Shown one piece after another: positions 25,850-40,408 of a DNA stretch of 64,000 bases; the first letter of the stretch is position 1, and the number at the start of each line of letters is the position of its first letter. Both the position numbers and the translations under genes were made by a program. The DNA is taken from positions 23,314,001 through 23,378,000 of the forward strand of contig NC_087436.1 in NCBI RefSeq assembly GCF_036321535.1, given 5' to 3'. This stretch comes from Camelus dromedarius. Taxonomy: Eukaryota. The notes beneath the pieces are model-generated. The model worked only from the letters and a program-made list of their open reading frames with translations. It was not told where the DNA came from and did no database searches.

Positions 25850-26425
25850 ATCCATTTATTCATTAATTTGTTTATTCATTCATTCTGCATATGTTTGTGT
25901 AGAAGCTGTATCCCTGCCATTGTTTCAGGCATTGGGAATTTTGTATAAAAAAAACTAGAGTTCTTGGTGTTCTCAAGCTGAAATTCCAGAGTGCTCTGGA
26001 GAGAGACATAAAAATGGTAAATATGTAATAGAAGTCAGGGAGTGATAAGTGATCTGAAAAAGAAAAAGAAGAGAGGGAGAGTGCTCTGTTTCACGTAGGG
26101 TGGCAAGGTAGGCTTCTCTGAGTAGGTAAAGTTTTTGCAGAAAACTGAATGAAATTAAGGAGCGCTGACCGGATCTGTATCTGGGGGGTGAGCTGAGAAC
26201 ACTGCAAAAGCTGAAGTGCTGAGGTGGGAGAGTGGCTGGCGTGAGGAACAGCATGGAGCCCGTGTGGCTGGAGCTGCCCCCCAGAGTGAGGTAGGAGGGG
26301 TGGGGGATGAGGCAGAGAGAGCCAAGGCCCCGGGCAGGTAGGCTCTGGCATAGTGAGGGCTTTGGCAGTTTGTCTAAGTGTGATGGGAAATCTCTGGAGG
26401 GTTTTGAGCAGGGCACTGGCATCAT
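25850..26425. mobile_element. L2 LINE 3' fragment
   Basis: cattcattcattc-type terminus; gtgtgatgggaaatctctggagggttttgagcaggg. Confidence 0.65.
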
Positions 26426-29400
26426 CCAGCCTTTGGCACAGGTTGCACATATGTGTGTTCTTGTTCCTAAAAGGCAGATGAGTGAAAAAATATTAAATGT
26501 TTCAGCTCAAACATATCATCATTCCTTTCATGTTTTTATATTTTACCCTAATTAAAACAATCCATCTGGAATTTATTGTCTTCCAACCAGTGAATTTATT
26601 TTTATTCCACCCAAAATTGACAGCCAATTTCTGTGCTTTCCTTGTGAATAATAATATAATTTCCCATATTCTTGAGTCTCTGAATAGTTTTTTCTGTATA
26701 TATTTTGATGTTTCACTATCTAACAGTTACTTTGTTTTCATCATAGATTATGCCTTTTTCAACATAAAATGAACCACTGTACCTAACCTAATGTTTTTTT
26801 TCCCTCTGCATTATTATATTTGACATTTATATGCCAAAGCAGGAGGGGAAAAGTAAGCACAGTCTAGAACCACATAAAGCTAAACATTAATAGTGGTTCT
26901 CTTTGAGCAGTGGGATAACAATGGATTTTTTTTTTCTTTTCTGTGTTGTTTTCTAAAATTTTAACCCAGGTATTGCTTCTCTAATTAGATGTTCCATATT
27001 TTAACAAAGCAACTGAGGTTGGAAGCCACTTTGTGCCCTCATTTTTTCTGAGCCATGTATTTGCCACACATTTGGATGCCCCTCTGGCCCTGCTCCCTTT
27101 CCTGTGTGCCGATCCAGATTGAACACCAGATTAGAAATCTAGAGTCACACCGGAAGTCTAGCAGGGGTTCTAATCTCTTCGCTCTCAGACAGTTGCTGAG
27201 TCTTTCCAAGAAGAGATCTCAGACATCTCTCATATCCATCTCCTGCTTCCTGATCCTTTCTACTCTGGTTTATTCTTTATCATCTCTCACTTGGAACTAA
27301 TATCACTGTAGGTTCCCATTGGGTAATTTCTCTGGCTTTAGTTTTGCCTCCCTGAAAGAATCTTCTGCGTGGTCACCAGAATGATCTTTCTGAAGGATGT
27401 GTCCCACCTAATAGTCTTCTGCTGTGCTTCTCCATTGAGTGAGTTGTTCCTGTGACAGTCTGTAGTGGCATTCCAAGGTATATAAAGTCATCTGAAAAAA
27501 AGAACTTGGCGGGGGGCAAAGAGTGACTCCATTTTCTTTCTATTAAAGCAAATTTGTACTATGGAATGGACTACAAAATTTGTACACTTTTTGAAAAATT
27601 GAAGTTTCGTCAGCTACAATGTGTCAAACTGGTGTACAGCATGTTTCAGTCATACATATACATACATCTAGATTCTGTCTTCTGTGAATACTATTGTCAC
27701 TGCACACAGGGGTTGAAACCTTGTTCTGCAGGGCTATATTTCCTTCAAGGGGATATCTTTCATTCCATCCTCCTAGAGAGGGCATTTTAAAGTGAACACT
27801 TGGAACTTTACCCAGTAGCTCATTACCAATCTCAGAAGACTAGGAGATTCATCTGAACGGTGAGATTGGTCAGACTTGACTTCTGTGGGTCAAATTAACA
27901 AGGAGGCAGAATCACTTCCTTAAAAAGGCAACTCGGGCCATCTCTGGCTCTTTTTGTTACAATATCTGTCCTGTGTACTTTCTACATAGGAAGGGCCAGA
28001 CTCCCTCTTTACTTTTCCCTCCTAAAGTAGTTAGCACAGGTGGCAAGTCATCCCCTTTGTGCATGTGGCCCCACTGTTGTCCAGCTCCTCTTTCAATAAT
28101 GGGGTGGGAGTAGGGGTAAGTTAACTTGGGTGGGGAATTAGGACAATCCCAGTGCACTCTGCAATATGTTTATTATCAGAGAGCCCCAAATAAAGCTGAT
28201 AGTCCCTATTTGGGGCTGGTGTTACCAGTGTATGTGTTTAATTAGTTAAAACCCAAGAAGGGAATCTATAACATCAGAAATATCACATTGGTTTAAATTA
28301 CCAATTAAGTTAGTTCTACCATTTAGCCTATAAACTTCCTAAAGGCTAGAACTGACCATATCTTACTTATTTCTGTATTTCCATTGACATAGAGTAGTTG
28401 GTAAATAAAAGGTGTTTAATTTTTTAAATTATCAATTTTTTTTCTGATTACAGAAGCAATGCAACCTAATTTTGGAAACAAAAGAATTTTGTGAAAATAG
28501 GAAATAAAAAGTGATTCAACAAACCAAAGATTATATATTAACAAAAGATAAACTTGTACACTTACTCTTTTTTTACTCTGTGAAGGTATTTTTTTGCAAA
28601 AAGGAAATTATTTTATTGTTTTGTTTTTAAAAAGCAATTGTTTTACATTAAATATTCTTCTACAAGGTGATTTTCATAGCTCCATAGTATTTAATTGATA
28701 AATGAATAAAGAGTAGCCCATTGATAAATAACATTTATTAGACATTTGTTGAAGCATTTTTTTCTCTTGTGCTTTGCCGTATGGTTTATGTATATAATAG
28801 CATTACCACTTCCCAACAGCTCTGCAGCAGGGATTTTTATATATCCATTTACACCTGAAGGAAGAGAGGCTAACAGAAATTAAGTAGCTTGCCCAAGGTC
28901 ACACAGATAAGTGGCAAAATTGGGAGTCACTTACATGTGGTTTAACACGAGAGCCACCAGAACTCTTAAAAGGACATTCTGTAATTTATTTAGCATAGTT
29001 CCATCATTGGGCATTTAGGTTATTTTCAGTTTTCTTACAATGAAAAATAATGCTGCCTGTGTTGAACATCCTTAGAACCAAATCTGTGTACATATTTCTG
29101 GTCATTTTCTTCAGGAAAATTCTTAGAAGTGAATTTTTTCTCTCAACTGGTTTTTCCCTCTAATTACAAATCTAATACATGCACAAAATGGGAAATTTGG
29201 AAAGCACAGAAAAGCACAAAGTAATAAAGCAAAAACCATTGATAATTCCCACCTTCCAGATATTACTATTTTTAACATTTTACTCTTTTCTCCAGAATAT
29301 ATATATATATAGTGCTATATAAATATCCATAGTTATATTGAAGCATATATTTTACATTTGTTATATATTATAGAAAACTGTATGATACCATTACTACATA

Positions 29401-29432
29401 TAAATGTATATACATATATGTTTTCTTTGTAG

Positions 29433-29591
29433 GTAATCAATTAATTAATTGTAGAAACCATATTTTGGAGTTTAAGGAAGGTATACTACATTTAAAAAAC
29501 AGAACTGAAAGAAATCGCCAAGAGCTGATTAAAGCCTTGAATAAAATCAAATATGAAATCACACAAGGAGAGAATATATCAGTAAATTCGG
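29433..29591 (+). CDS. MGAT4D: MGAT4D coding exon 2 (stem region)
   Basis: ttttctttgtAG | (S)NQLINCRNHILEFKEGILHLKNRTERNRQELIKALNKIKYEITQGENISVNS | GTTTGT; 159 nt, phase 1-1. Confidence 0.9.
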
Positions 29592-30189
29592 GTTTGTATT
29601 GTTTTTGCTTTTGTATATGGTGGTTGGTTGGTTTTATCTTTTGTGCTTGGAAATTTAGATTTTATGCTTTCTGATTTTAGGGCATTTCTTCCCAATAAAT
29701 ATAACTAAATCAGTACTCATTCTTTCACTATGAGACATGCAAAAGTCAGGTAAGAGACATCACTGATGAACTTCCTCTCATCTCTACCTCGAAAATGATT
29801 TCCCTGTGTTTTCTGTCTCTGTGAATTGCAGCACCATCTGTGATCCATCCAATGGCCGCACCCAGAAACCTGAGCATCTTCTCTGAATCCTTCTCCCTCT
29901 AAATACTTCCAGGGCAGTCAGTAAGCAATCCTGTTGACTCATAATCCTATGTATCTCACAAGTCTGTCCACATTTTCCTATCACCATCTCTACTACCCTA
30001 GTCAGGCCACCTTCGTGCTTCATCTGAATGATTGTTAACATACTTCTATTTTTTTTTCTCTCTCTCCAACCTGTCCCCACCTATTTACTCTCATTATAGC
30101 CAAAGTGAAGGCTACACTGTCCTATATATCAAACTTCAGTGGCTGCCCATTTCTGTAGGATAGAAGTCCTGCCTCCTGCTTCGCTCCCT

Positions 30190-31420
30190 ATAATACCTCC
30201 CCCTACGCTCAACCCCGGCAGCCACAACTGATCAGTTCTCTATTCCTATAGCTTTCTATTTTCCAGAATGCCGAACAAGTGAAATCACACATGTGGAACC
30301 CTTTGAGACTGGCTTCTTTCATTTGGCATAGATTCATTCATGTTGTAATGTGGCCTTTTTTTGCTGAATCACATTCCTCCGTATAGATGTGCAAAGGATA
30401 GTTGTTTATCCTTTCAACATTTGAGAGACATCTGGATTGTATTTGGGGTTTTTGTTTGTTTTGTTTTTTGATGATACTTGTTGCCATAAGCAATCATCTA
30501 CAAATTTTTTATATGAAGGGAATTTTCATTTTTTTAGGATAAGTATCTAGGATTGATGGGAATATAGTAGGTGTACGTTTAACATTATAAGAGTCTGCCA
30601 AACTGTTTTCCAGAGTGGCTGCACCATTCTGCCTTCCCTGCAGCAATGTATGAGAGTTAGTCACTCCAGTTAATTATAGTCATTCTAATGTCATGGTATC
30701 TCATATTAAGTTGTATTTCTCTGGAAATTAAAGATGTGGAGCATCTTTATGTGCTTATTTGCCATCCATATATCTTCTTTGATGAGATGCCTGTTCAAAT
30801 ATGTTGCACATTTTTTAATTAGGTGAATTTTTTCCTTGTTGTTGAGTTTTGAGAGTTCTATATATATCCTGGACATGTATCAAATGGATTTGTGATTTGG
30901 GAATATTTTCTCCCAGTCTGTGGCTTCTTATGGTATCCTTCAAAGAGCAGACAATTATAATTTTGATGAAGTCCAGTTTACCAGTTTTCCTTTTTATATA
31001 TTATGCTTTTGGTGTTGTATCTAAGAACTTTATCTAGAACAGGGTCAATAAAGATTTTCTTTTCTTTTCTTTTAATTTATAGTTTAAGATTTTGCATTTA
31101 GGTCTACGAAACTTTTGAGTTCATTTTTATAAATGGCCTGAAGTATAGGTCAAGATTCAGTCTTTTTCATGTGAGTGTCCATGTGTTTTAGCACCATTTG
31201 TCTAAAAGGTCCCTTCTGTATTGAATTGCCTTTGTGCTTTTTTCAAAAATCGATTGCCCATATTTGTGTGGATCTGTGTCTGGATCTCTGTTCTGTTCCA
31301 TTTGTCTATGTTTCTGTTTGTTCTTTAATACCACACTGTCTTGATTACTGTACTATGTATTATGAATTAAATTGGGTAGTGTGAGCACTCCAACTTTGTT
31401 CCTCTTTTTCAGAATTATGG
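30190..31420 (-). mobile_element. Old L1 (L1M-type) ORF2 3' part and 3'UTR
   Basis: ccaaactgttttccagagtggctgcaccatt, gagcatctttatgtgcttatttgccatc, ataccacactgtcttgattactgta. Confidence 0.8.
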
Positions 31421-31845
31421 GGGCAAATTCAAATGAATGGTACCAAAAAAATCATTAAATGTTGAGGGGCTACAAAACAAAGTTATGAAGAGACAAACTT
31501 TAATGATGTGGTATTAATCAAAGTAGGAGAGCAGGCCAGTTAGAGCATGTTTCAGTTCTGCTTCCTTCGTTTGGAACTGTTTTAGTTCTGTTAGCCTCTG
31601 GTTGTGTTGCTCAGTGTGTGAGACTTAAATTAAATAGTACTTTTAAAGTAAATATGAATTAATAATCTTTGAGCTATATTTTGTAGTCTTATGATTTTGA
31701 TAATTCACATTTAATAGTATTTATCTTATATATTGAATATGGAATTAATCTGTGATAATTTATTCATCCTCATTTAAAAAAATTGTACCAGAAGAAGAAT
31801 CCCTTTAGTCATGAACTCAGAGACCCTATTTTTCCTCTCTTTCAG

Positions 31846-31983
31846 TTAAGAAGAAAGTGAATGCATTGGATAGGAATGAAACAACCCCTAATGCATTTGA
31901 AGTCCTGAAGTTCTTTTTCCCTCATCTAAGGAAAGTAGGCAGAATTTATCCTGATGTAATTATTGGCAAAGAGAAAACAGGTG
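31846..31983 (+). CDS. MGAT4D: MGAT4D coding exon 3
   Basis: ctctttcAG | (V)[45 protein letters not shown] | GTAAGT; 138 nt. Confidence 0.93.
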
Positions 31984-32512
31984 GTAAGTGAACTTAGAAC
32001 TGGAAAATCAAATACAGATATTTTGATCTTTGGGAATATCCTTTTAAGTTTTAAAATGTAATCTATTAATATGATATTCAGATTGATATATACAAACCTG
32101 TCTGGCATTAATTTGGATTACTAGAAATCAGTATATTGTCTGGCAGAAAAAAATTGTTCTATTTGGAGACAAATTTAAATTTAATTTTAATATAGATGCT
32201 TTGAAAGTCAGTATAAGCCAAACGTACATTAACCATCTGCTGAGCGCTTGGCGACTTATTTCTCCCTTGGTTTTGATAAATCTATTTCTTATCTGGTTAT
32301 CTTTTTATTTCTCCATCTCTCTGAAGACCAAAGTCAGCAAAAGCTTTACTGAAGAGATGATGATTGAGCTAAGCCTTGAAAAATGAGTTCAAGTTCACCA
32401 AGTATAGAAGAGAAAAAGCATTTTCGTTAGAAGCAGGGCAATTAGGCTAAGTCTCAGAACACCTTTCATTCCCACAAACCTATTTCAGTCCAATGAGCGA
32501 GTCACTCTCTGC

Positions 32513-32725
32513 CAAAGGTCAGCAAACTAGAATGCACAGGCCAAATCTGACTGTTTTTAAATACACTTTTGTTGGACTGAGATTATGCTTGTTGTTCACC
32601 TATTTCCTGTGGCTGCTTTCATGCTACATCAGCAGAGATGAGTAGTTGCAACAGAGATGATACGGCCTGAGAGCCAAAAATGTTTACCATCTGGCCTTTC
32701 ATAGACAAAGTGTGCTGACCTCTGT
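32513..32725. mobile_element. MER58A-like hAT MITE
   Basis: caaaggtcagcaaact...ggccaaatctg...gagatgagtagttgcaacagaga...tgctgacctctg. Confidence 0.7.
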
Positions 32726-34328
32726 TCTAGGCACTCCTTGGGAATAAGCAGTGCTGATCTATGTCACATGCTTCTGACAAGCCAACTGTGTTGGGAAGAG
32801 GGTGCCAGAAGACATGGTTTAGCATCAGGGATCCAGGAGAGTGTTCTGGCAACAAGGAAAGGCATTTGCAGAGGCCTGGAGATGAGAAGTGGGGTCTGGT
32901 CAGTTTGAGAAGCTAAAAGACACTAAAGAAGACTGTTTTGGAGAGCAGGTGGAGGAGGTAGGTCAGGACCAGGTCACTGAAAGCTTTACAGACCTTTGCA
33001 AATGTATTCCTTATCTTAAGCTGTGGGAAGCCATTCCAGGAATCATTTGAGAGTGGATCCTGAAGCCTGAGACTTAACTTCTGGCTCACACCATTCATAA
33101 AAATCTGTTCCAGGTGGATTGTAAATCTAAATTTAAAAGGCTAAACAATAAATCATCTAGGAAATATTCAGGAAAACATCTTTATGACTTGAAGATAAGC
33201 AAAGATTTCTCAACAGGAATCAAAAAACACTAACTATAAAGGAAATGATTGATAAATTACACAATATTAAAATTAAGACTTTCTGCTCTTAATTTTGAAA
33301 TGTAAAACATTGAACTCATGGTGGGGGATATTTGTAATACATGTAACTAACAAAGGGTTCATACTCAGAATCTGTAAAGAACATCAATAAATCAGTAAGA
33401 AAAATACAGACAACTTGAGAAATTGACAATATCTTAAACAGGGATTTCACAAAAGACTACCCAATGGCCAATAAACACATGAAAGTATGAATAGTGATCA
33501 GGGAAATACTGATTCTTACTGTTCTCACTGAAGTTCAATAATTTTTCTTAAATAAATGCCTCTTAGTTTGTTATGTCCAGGGCTCTGATTGGTTTGACAA
33601 CTTCTTTCCAGTTTTATTATTGCTTTTTAGGAAGAGGATTTTCTGAGTTCCTCACTTAGCTATTCTGTAAGTCCTTATCCTCATCTTAAAGATGGAGAAA
33701 TTGAGGCTGCAGAGGCTCTAAATCTTGACCAAACTCAAACAGCCAGGGGCTGCTGCAGCCAAGATTAAGTTTGGACAGACTTCACTAATAGAGCCTTAAT
33801 ATGTATGTGGAATAACGTGGAGTCTGTTCTCCCAGTGCCTGTCATTAATACACTGTAAAAATCACTTAGGGACATGGATTCATTCCATCAAATCATTTGG
33901 GAATTACTCTATACAATTTTTTCACAGATGAAAATATTTCATAGTATTTTTCCCACTTTGGGTTCCATTGTCTCCGTAGGAAGAAGAATAGAGAATCAGG
34001 TAACGTGTGAAGTTTCGTACCCAGTTAGACAAAAACTATAATAAATGGAGAGTGGCTAGTTTTAGTTTTCACCACATTGAAATTCTCCAACACGTTCGTC
34101 TTGGAGTCTAATGCTTTAACTAACAGCCTATTGCAAATTGGAATTTCCTCAAACAGTAAATGAAATATGTGATAAAAATTAACAGTGATTTGTATTAGTT
34201 TTGCAGTAGAGTTTAAACTTTTGATGACCATACAACTAACCTAAACAGAGGAATAAGTGTAAATATTAATGCTAAATTGTGTTTTCTCTGTAGTATGAAA
34301 TGATGATTTTGTGCTCCTACATTTGCAG

Positions 34329-34462
34329 TTTCTTTTGCACTGGGTATTTCCACTGTTGACAGAGGAAATCGTAGTTACCTGAAGCAGACGCTGACCTCTG
34401 TTGTCTCCAGGATGACTCTTTCAGAAGAGAAGGACTCCGTGGTGATTGTCTCTGTCTCAGAC
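34329..34462 (+). CDS. MGAT4D: MGAT4D coding exon 4
   Basis: tttgcAG | (V)[44 protein letters not shown] | GTACGT; 134 nt; MGAT4-family GI.TV.R...SYL..TL motif. Confidence 0.95.
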
Positions 34463-35254
34463 GTACGTATGAAAATAAGGAGCTCTCCTCACTCACAGCC
34501 TTAGTCTCTAAATACTCTTCCTCCATGGTAATCACTGTATCATTTTGAATTTTTTTCTTAAATTTAAAAAAGCAATTCATAGATGCTTTTTTTGAATAGC
34601 ACACAATGTATTTAATGCTTGTTTGGTACCACTGCAAAAGAATCAAATATGTCAAACTAAAAAGGAAATATACTGGTTCCAAATGGGAGAAATATGACTA
34701 TATTGTTAAGTATATTATTGGGAGCCCTGCACACTATATGGTACAGAAATTATATTTACAAACAGAATATTAAAATTGATGTTGTAGTAATAAAACCTGT
34801 CCAGCCCAATAAAAGGTTGGTACACGAATCAAGAGATAATTTATATTAAGTCACAGTAGCTATTGTCAATTGAGAGACTCCTTTCTATATCTGAAGGATG
34901 GTGGACAATTTTTATATACATTATTTATAATCTGCATTACATCCCTGTAAAGTAGATATCCAGATGAAGAAACTGGAGCTTAAGGAAAGTAAGGAGCTTG
35001 CCCAGTAATTAATAGAGCAGATTCAAATCTGTGTCTCGCTAATGGCCCCAAAGTTTTGTGTCCTGCCTCTAATGCCATGTAAAATTACAAAGTACGGTAT
35101 AAATATTACCACCATAAGACCTTTTGGTGGGGAATCTGGCAATATGTGTCAGATTTAACATATGTTACCCTTTGAATCAGAAATCTTAATTCTTGGGAGT
35201 TACCCTAAGGAGATAATCAGCCAAGAATTTCAAAATAATAAAAATATGACAGTA

Positions 35255-35495
35255 CAGTAGACTAGTTGAGGACACAGACTCTGATCTAGATTGCCAAGGT
35301 TCAAATGTCCGCTTCTCCACTTCCTGGCTCATGAATTTGAACAAGTCGCTTAACTTCTCTTTGCTCTACTTTCCTTATCTGTAAAATAGTGATGATATTG
35401 CCCATGTTATAGGGTGGTTTTGGCCATTAAATTGGCTAATATATTTACATTATATACAATGATGGACCGCATGTAGTAAGTGTTCAATAAGTAAT
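35255..35495. mobile_element. MIR SINE
   Basis: ggttcaaatgtccgcttctccacttcctggct...aagtcgcttaacttctct...ttccttatctgtaaaatag. Confidence 0.7.
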
Positions 35496-35739
35496 AATTT
35501 CAAGGATTTCAATGCACTGTTGTTTTATAAAAGCATTATGTTAGAAACAGCCAAAATATCTATCAGTAATAGGCTGACTAAATATTTATATCTACATTGC
35601 AATAATCTGTAACCATTGAAAGGAGAATGAATATCTGTATTCACTGAGATAAAACAATGTCCCTACCATATTATTGACTGAAAAAAGTTGTAGAGCATCA
35701 TATTTCATATAATATTATCTATGTAAAATGTAGTAGAAA

Positions 35740-35766
35740 TAAGGAAGGAAGGAAGGAAGGAAGGAA
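35740..35766. repeat. (GGAA)n microsatellite, about 6 units
   Basis: Direct reading. Confidence 0.85.
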
Positions 35767-37015
35767 AGAGAAAAAGACGATATACAGACAGATGAAATAT
35801 ATAAAGAAAAAAGAGAATGAGCTAACCTTCATGCTTGAAAAACCAAAATATATGTAATGGTTGTCCCTGACTCAAAGGAAATCTGGATTAAAGGGATCTT
35901 TGTTGTCCTTTATTTTTTCCCTGTTGTTTGAATTTTTATAATAAACATATCTTTGACTGCAAGTTTACTCTTTGAATACAGTTTTAGGAAAACTCTAAAC
36001 CAAACAAGCAATAGGAAAACTAATATGAAAACATAAATAAAAGATTAAACAACCATTCTTTCTAAGTTTACTTTCTTAATATTGGAAGCATATACATAAT
36101 CTCTAAAATGTTATATCACATTTCCCTGTATTACATACTGTAATCTATTTCTTTGCTGCTGACACAGTGCACATCTGCCTAAAATCTTTGGACCAATAAT
36201 AAAATATTGGGAGACAAATTTTAAAATGGAACATAGAATACTTAAGAAGAAGTATAACTTTAGTAGTACTATATTTCACTGTGCAAGAAATAGCTGGTGA
36301 TTCAATATTGGGCTGTCTTAAGAACCTGAAGTACTATAATAGGATTTTCTGCATCGTACTGATAGTTTTAAACAAGCAATCTAACCATATACATTCAAAA
36401 TTGCCTTCCAGAATACTTAGATTTGTCAATAGAACTATTATTATTCAAAAATTTTCAGAATTTTATATTGGACACTGAGGCTACATCTTGTAAATACCAT
36501 AGGTTATGTTTTTTTTAAAAAGTTACCTGAGAGAATAAGTCAGCAAAAGCAACTTACAAATGAATCCGTCATCTAATCTAGCAGAGTAGATACAAAAAGT
36601 TTGTTGATGGAAGAAAACTTGAGAATCAAGCTGAGAAATACTATCTGGAAAAATGTGGTATAATTTTGAAGTAAGCTTATTGCATATAACACTCATACAA
36701 TCAAGACACTTCCAGAAAAGAGCAATTCTTTAAGCCATCCCCCTTTTAGGACAAAACTGTTTTAGATATATAAATTTTTGTATACTAATTTTTAAGTATA
36801 AATACTGTGTGGTGATATGTAACCAAGGGAGAATGAAATATTTTCAGTGTTCCAGTAAGATCTTTTAGACACATGGATATTTTAAATTCTTTCGTTGAAA
36901 GTGAAAACACTAGAAATTAAGACGTAATGACATTCCACACATGAACTAGATTTACAGGTATTAGTAGATCTATGAGACATGCTCAGTTTCAGAAAAATAT
37001 TTTTCTTATTTTTAG

Positions 37016-37062
37016 AGTAACGAAGATTATTTAAAATCTGTGGTTGACATGATTACAAAAAA
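37016..37062 (+). CDS. MGAT4D: MGAT4D coding exon 5
   Basis: ttattttTAG | SNEDYLKSVVDMITK(K) | GTAAGT; 47 nt. Confidence 0.92.
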
Positions 37063-38888
37063 GTAAGTACAGTCTTATAAAGTTAAAAATAATTGTTCTT
37101 TCATTTTTCTATTCTATATTTTCTGTCCAATTACATAATTTTATTAGTGGTCATACTCTTTTTAATGAGTGCGGCGGTGCAGGAAGAACCTGTAGTTCTG
37201 TCTACGCTGTGATGAAATATAGCTTGCAATTTCCCCCCAATTCTGTACATTCTCTGCCTATGATAATCCATATTTGTCATGTTGTTATTGTTATAGTATC
37301 TGTTCCTCATGAAATCCATTGCCTCTGAGAGAAGCCTGCTGGGCTGTTTTTAAAAAGTCTTGTGTTCTTTACTGTATGAGGTTACTTTTGCTGCTTCTGC
37401 TTACAATCTCCTGCTGTATGCAACCGGGGAGGCACAAGCACATGCTATGAACTCATATGAAGTTACCTAACATGCATGATGCTGTGGAATGGACCCAGCC
37501 TTCCAAATCCTCACATTCAAATGGTCGGTGCAGATGGTAAAAACAAATCAGAGCAAGGAAGCGAGTGATATTGTAATGGCAGAGGAGGTCAGCATGAGAA
37601 CAGGTAGAGGAGGAAGTATTTCCTTCCACCTGCAGATATCAAGAAGGACTTTCTTGAGAAGGTAATAGTTGAGCTGAGTCCAAGCATTGGTAGACGTGCT
37701 TTGGGCAGATGGGAGAAGGGAATGCCTGGCAAATAGAATTGCTTGAGAAGGCAGAAGGGCCAAAAGGGGAGTGTGCTATATTTGGGGGAATGTAAGCATA
37801 TCCTGGAATGTAGATGTTTGAGATTAAGGAGGAAAGATTGATGGGAGATAAGGCAGGCCGTGACGAGATCATGAAAGGCCTTACATGCCTTGCTGAGGAA
37901 TATATGTTATTTGTGCTACAGGATAGGGTGCAAACATGGCCTTCATGCTGAATCTGGCTAACAGACATGTTTAGTTTAGCCAGCAGTATTTCACTTTATT
38001 TTTTTCCTCATCAAATAGCTTTAGTGGATGAAGAAAGGTTATTCCAGTAAAAAAAAAAAAAAAAAAAATTCCAGCTAATATCTTTAGAATGAATAGAATT
38101 AAAAGATCAGCATTTTGAAACATAGCTGATTCAGGCATATCTCTAAGTGACAGGTGGTTGGGGAGCTTTACAAGGAAGGTGTACCAGTCAGCTTCCAAAG
38201 AGGAAACTTTTGGTAGTTCAAAAAGAAGGAACAGAGAAAATTTAATACGAAGAATTGGCCAAAAAAGCTTACAAGGGCTGATAGAAGAAAAAGGAGAAGA
38301 AAGGAGACAGGAGAAGCATAAAGGGAGTTGGGCTATACCCCAAGGTCTGACGTTGGATGCACGGGCTGCTGCACTGTGCTCAGTGCCCTGAGAGCAGGTT
38401 CTGACGGTGCCACCTCTGTCAGAGCTGGTGCCTCCACCAATTCCGTTGCTCCTGCCAGTGCTGATGTTGCTGTGCTTCATGCTGCTGCTGGAGATTTCAC
38501 CATAAACCAAGTGTGGGAAGCATGTCTTCCTCTTTTACTGCCTTCTAGTCTCTTGTTACTTACTTCCTCTCATAGGACCTACTACATGGAAGCTAGCTAG
38601 TAAGGGGCCTGGGATTGCGGGGTGCAGACCCCGCCCTACAATACTGGGCAGAGCAGGAGTGTGAGAGTGTGGGCTGAGAGCAGATGGACAGTCAGCAGAA
38701 AGGGTTCGAGTCCCCTAACCTGAATCTCTGATTAGTTTCAGTGTCACTGCAAGTTAGAGAGTCAGGCATTCTGTGCCTCCTGCTACGATGCAAATGAAAC
38801 ACACCAGGAAGGAATTATGTAGGGAGTCATTGCCCACCATCCTCCAAAAAACAAAACAAAACAAAAGGAAATAAAACGACCTTGAATC

Positions 38889-39366
38889 TGCGGATGAAAA
38901 TTGAATTAACAATCAAGTTAAGAAGAAAAAAGGGAGTCTTAATTCAAGCCAAATTGAGGATTATAACCCGGGAGACAAACTCTCAGAAGCTCTGAGAACT
39001 GTTCCACCTGTTAGAAACCAAATGCACAGTTATATACATTTTTGAGACAAGGATTGTACATCAAAATGACATACTGATATTCTAAGTGAAGTTCATTAAA
39101 GATATATAGTCCAAGTAAGTACATACAAAGTGAGCAATAAGTTACTATGACCCCTTATAGAATTGGGAAAGGATGCTAATCTAAGAAGTTACATCAGAAG
39201 AAAGGGGCGGAAAAAGCTTTCCAGTTGCGCAGGCATTCCCATCTTTGAGGAGGTCTGGTTAATGTGTAATACAGATGCAGATTCAAGCTAGGAGGGAGGG
39301 TTGGGACAGAGAATTGTATGCTTAAATTTTCTCATTCTGCCTTAAAATATAAATTTTATTCTGTCA
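38889..39366 (-). mobile_element. Solo LTR (ERV1-like), 478 bp
   Basis: TG...CA ends with 4-bp TSD AATC (38885-88, 39367-70); orientation inferred. Confidence 0.65.
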
Positions 39367-40340
39367 AATCTAATCAAGTCTTTTAAACTAAACTCCAGTT
39401 TAGAGTATACACAGTGAATAGAGGAAGCAATCTAGAGCAAACCTCCAGGATGTGGGACATTGTTGGACTACTGACCCATTTCCTTCAAAAAGACAGCTGC
39501 ATGGGGAAAAAGAAAGGAAAACTAAAGTGACTGGTCTAAACAATAAGTTTAAAAAAGTAATAACAGATAACCAATTACAGTAAGGAACTTAAGTGGATAC
39601 TCATTTGAACACCCCACCCTCCAACCCCCACCATTAGTTAGACTACTGGGGATATGTGAATATCAACTAAGTATTAAGTGATATTAAGTAATTATTCTTA
39701 GTTTTGTAGCATGTGATAATGTCATGTAGCTATGTAAATAAATGAATGTTTATAGTTTTCACACTGAAGTCATCTCCCACCTATGAGAATGGCCAGGATT
39801 TGTTTTAAAATACTTCAGCGAAAACTTGGGGCTGCATAGATGAACGAGTATGGTGAAAAATGAATGATTGTTGAAACCAGGTGATTTGGGATTTGTTAAA
39901 TTTCTACTTTTGTGTGTTTTTGGCAATTTTCATAATAAAAAATATAAAAACTTAGACTTTTCTCAACAAGCCTAACTGATGGGGAGAAAAGTTAAAACAG
40001 ACTCGCTTGAGGGGAGACGTGTTTGGGGAGTTTTGAGATGGGAGCAACTTGAGTGTTTTCCTGTGTGCTCCAGTGAAGAGGGAGGACGCTGATGGAGTAG
40101 GGTCTACGGGGAATTGGATGCAAGGTATGCATGGAAGGAGATTTAGGCAGGACTAAGACTAAAACAAAGAGATAAAAATGAGTGAAGGAGTAGGAAAAAA
40201 AGTAGTTTGGGGAAGGAAGGTGAAATGAAAGAATTCTCTGCTTAAAGGCTTTTCTTTTCTCTGTGAAGGAGATAAAATCGTATTATTGAGAATGAGGGAT
40301 TTATTGGCAGTAGATGAACTTGAGATCAGAAGGCTTGAAG

Positions 40341-40408
40341 TAGGTGATGTGTGTAAAGGGAGACAGCTGGGCAATAGGTGATGTGTGTAAAGGGAGACAG
40401 CTGGGCAA
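40341..40408. repeat. Perfect 34-bp tandem duplication
   Basis: taggtgatgtgtgtaaagggagacagctgggcaa twice (40341-40374, 40375-40408). Confidence 0.97.

Noticed and set aside
37971..38600. 179-aa minus-strand ORF and overlapping ORFs
   Set aside because: Spans a poly(A) run and LTR-like sequence; low-complexity product
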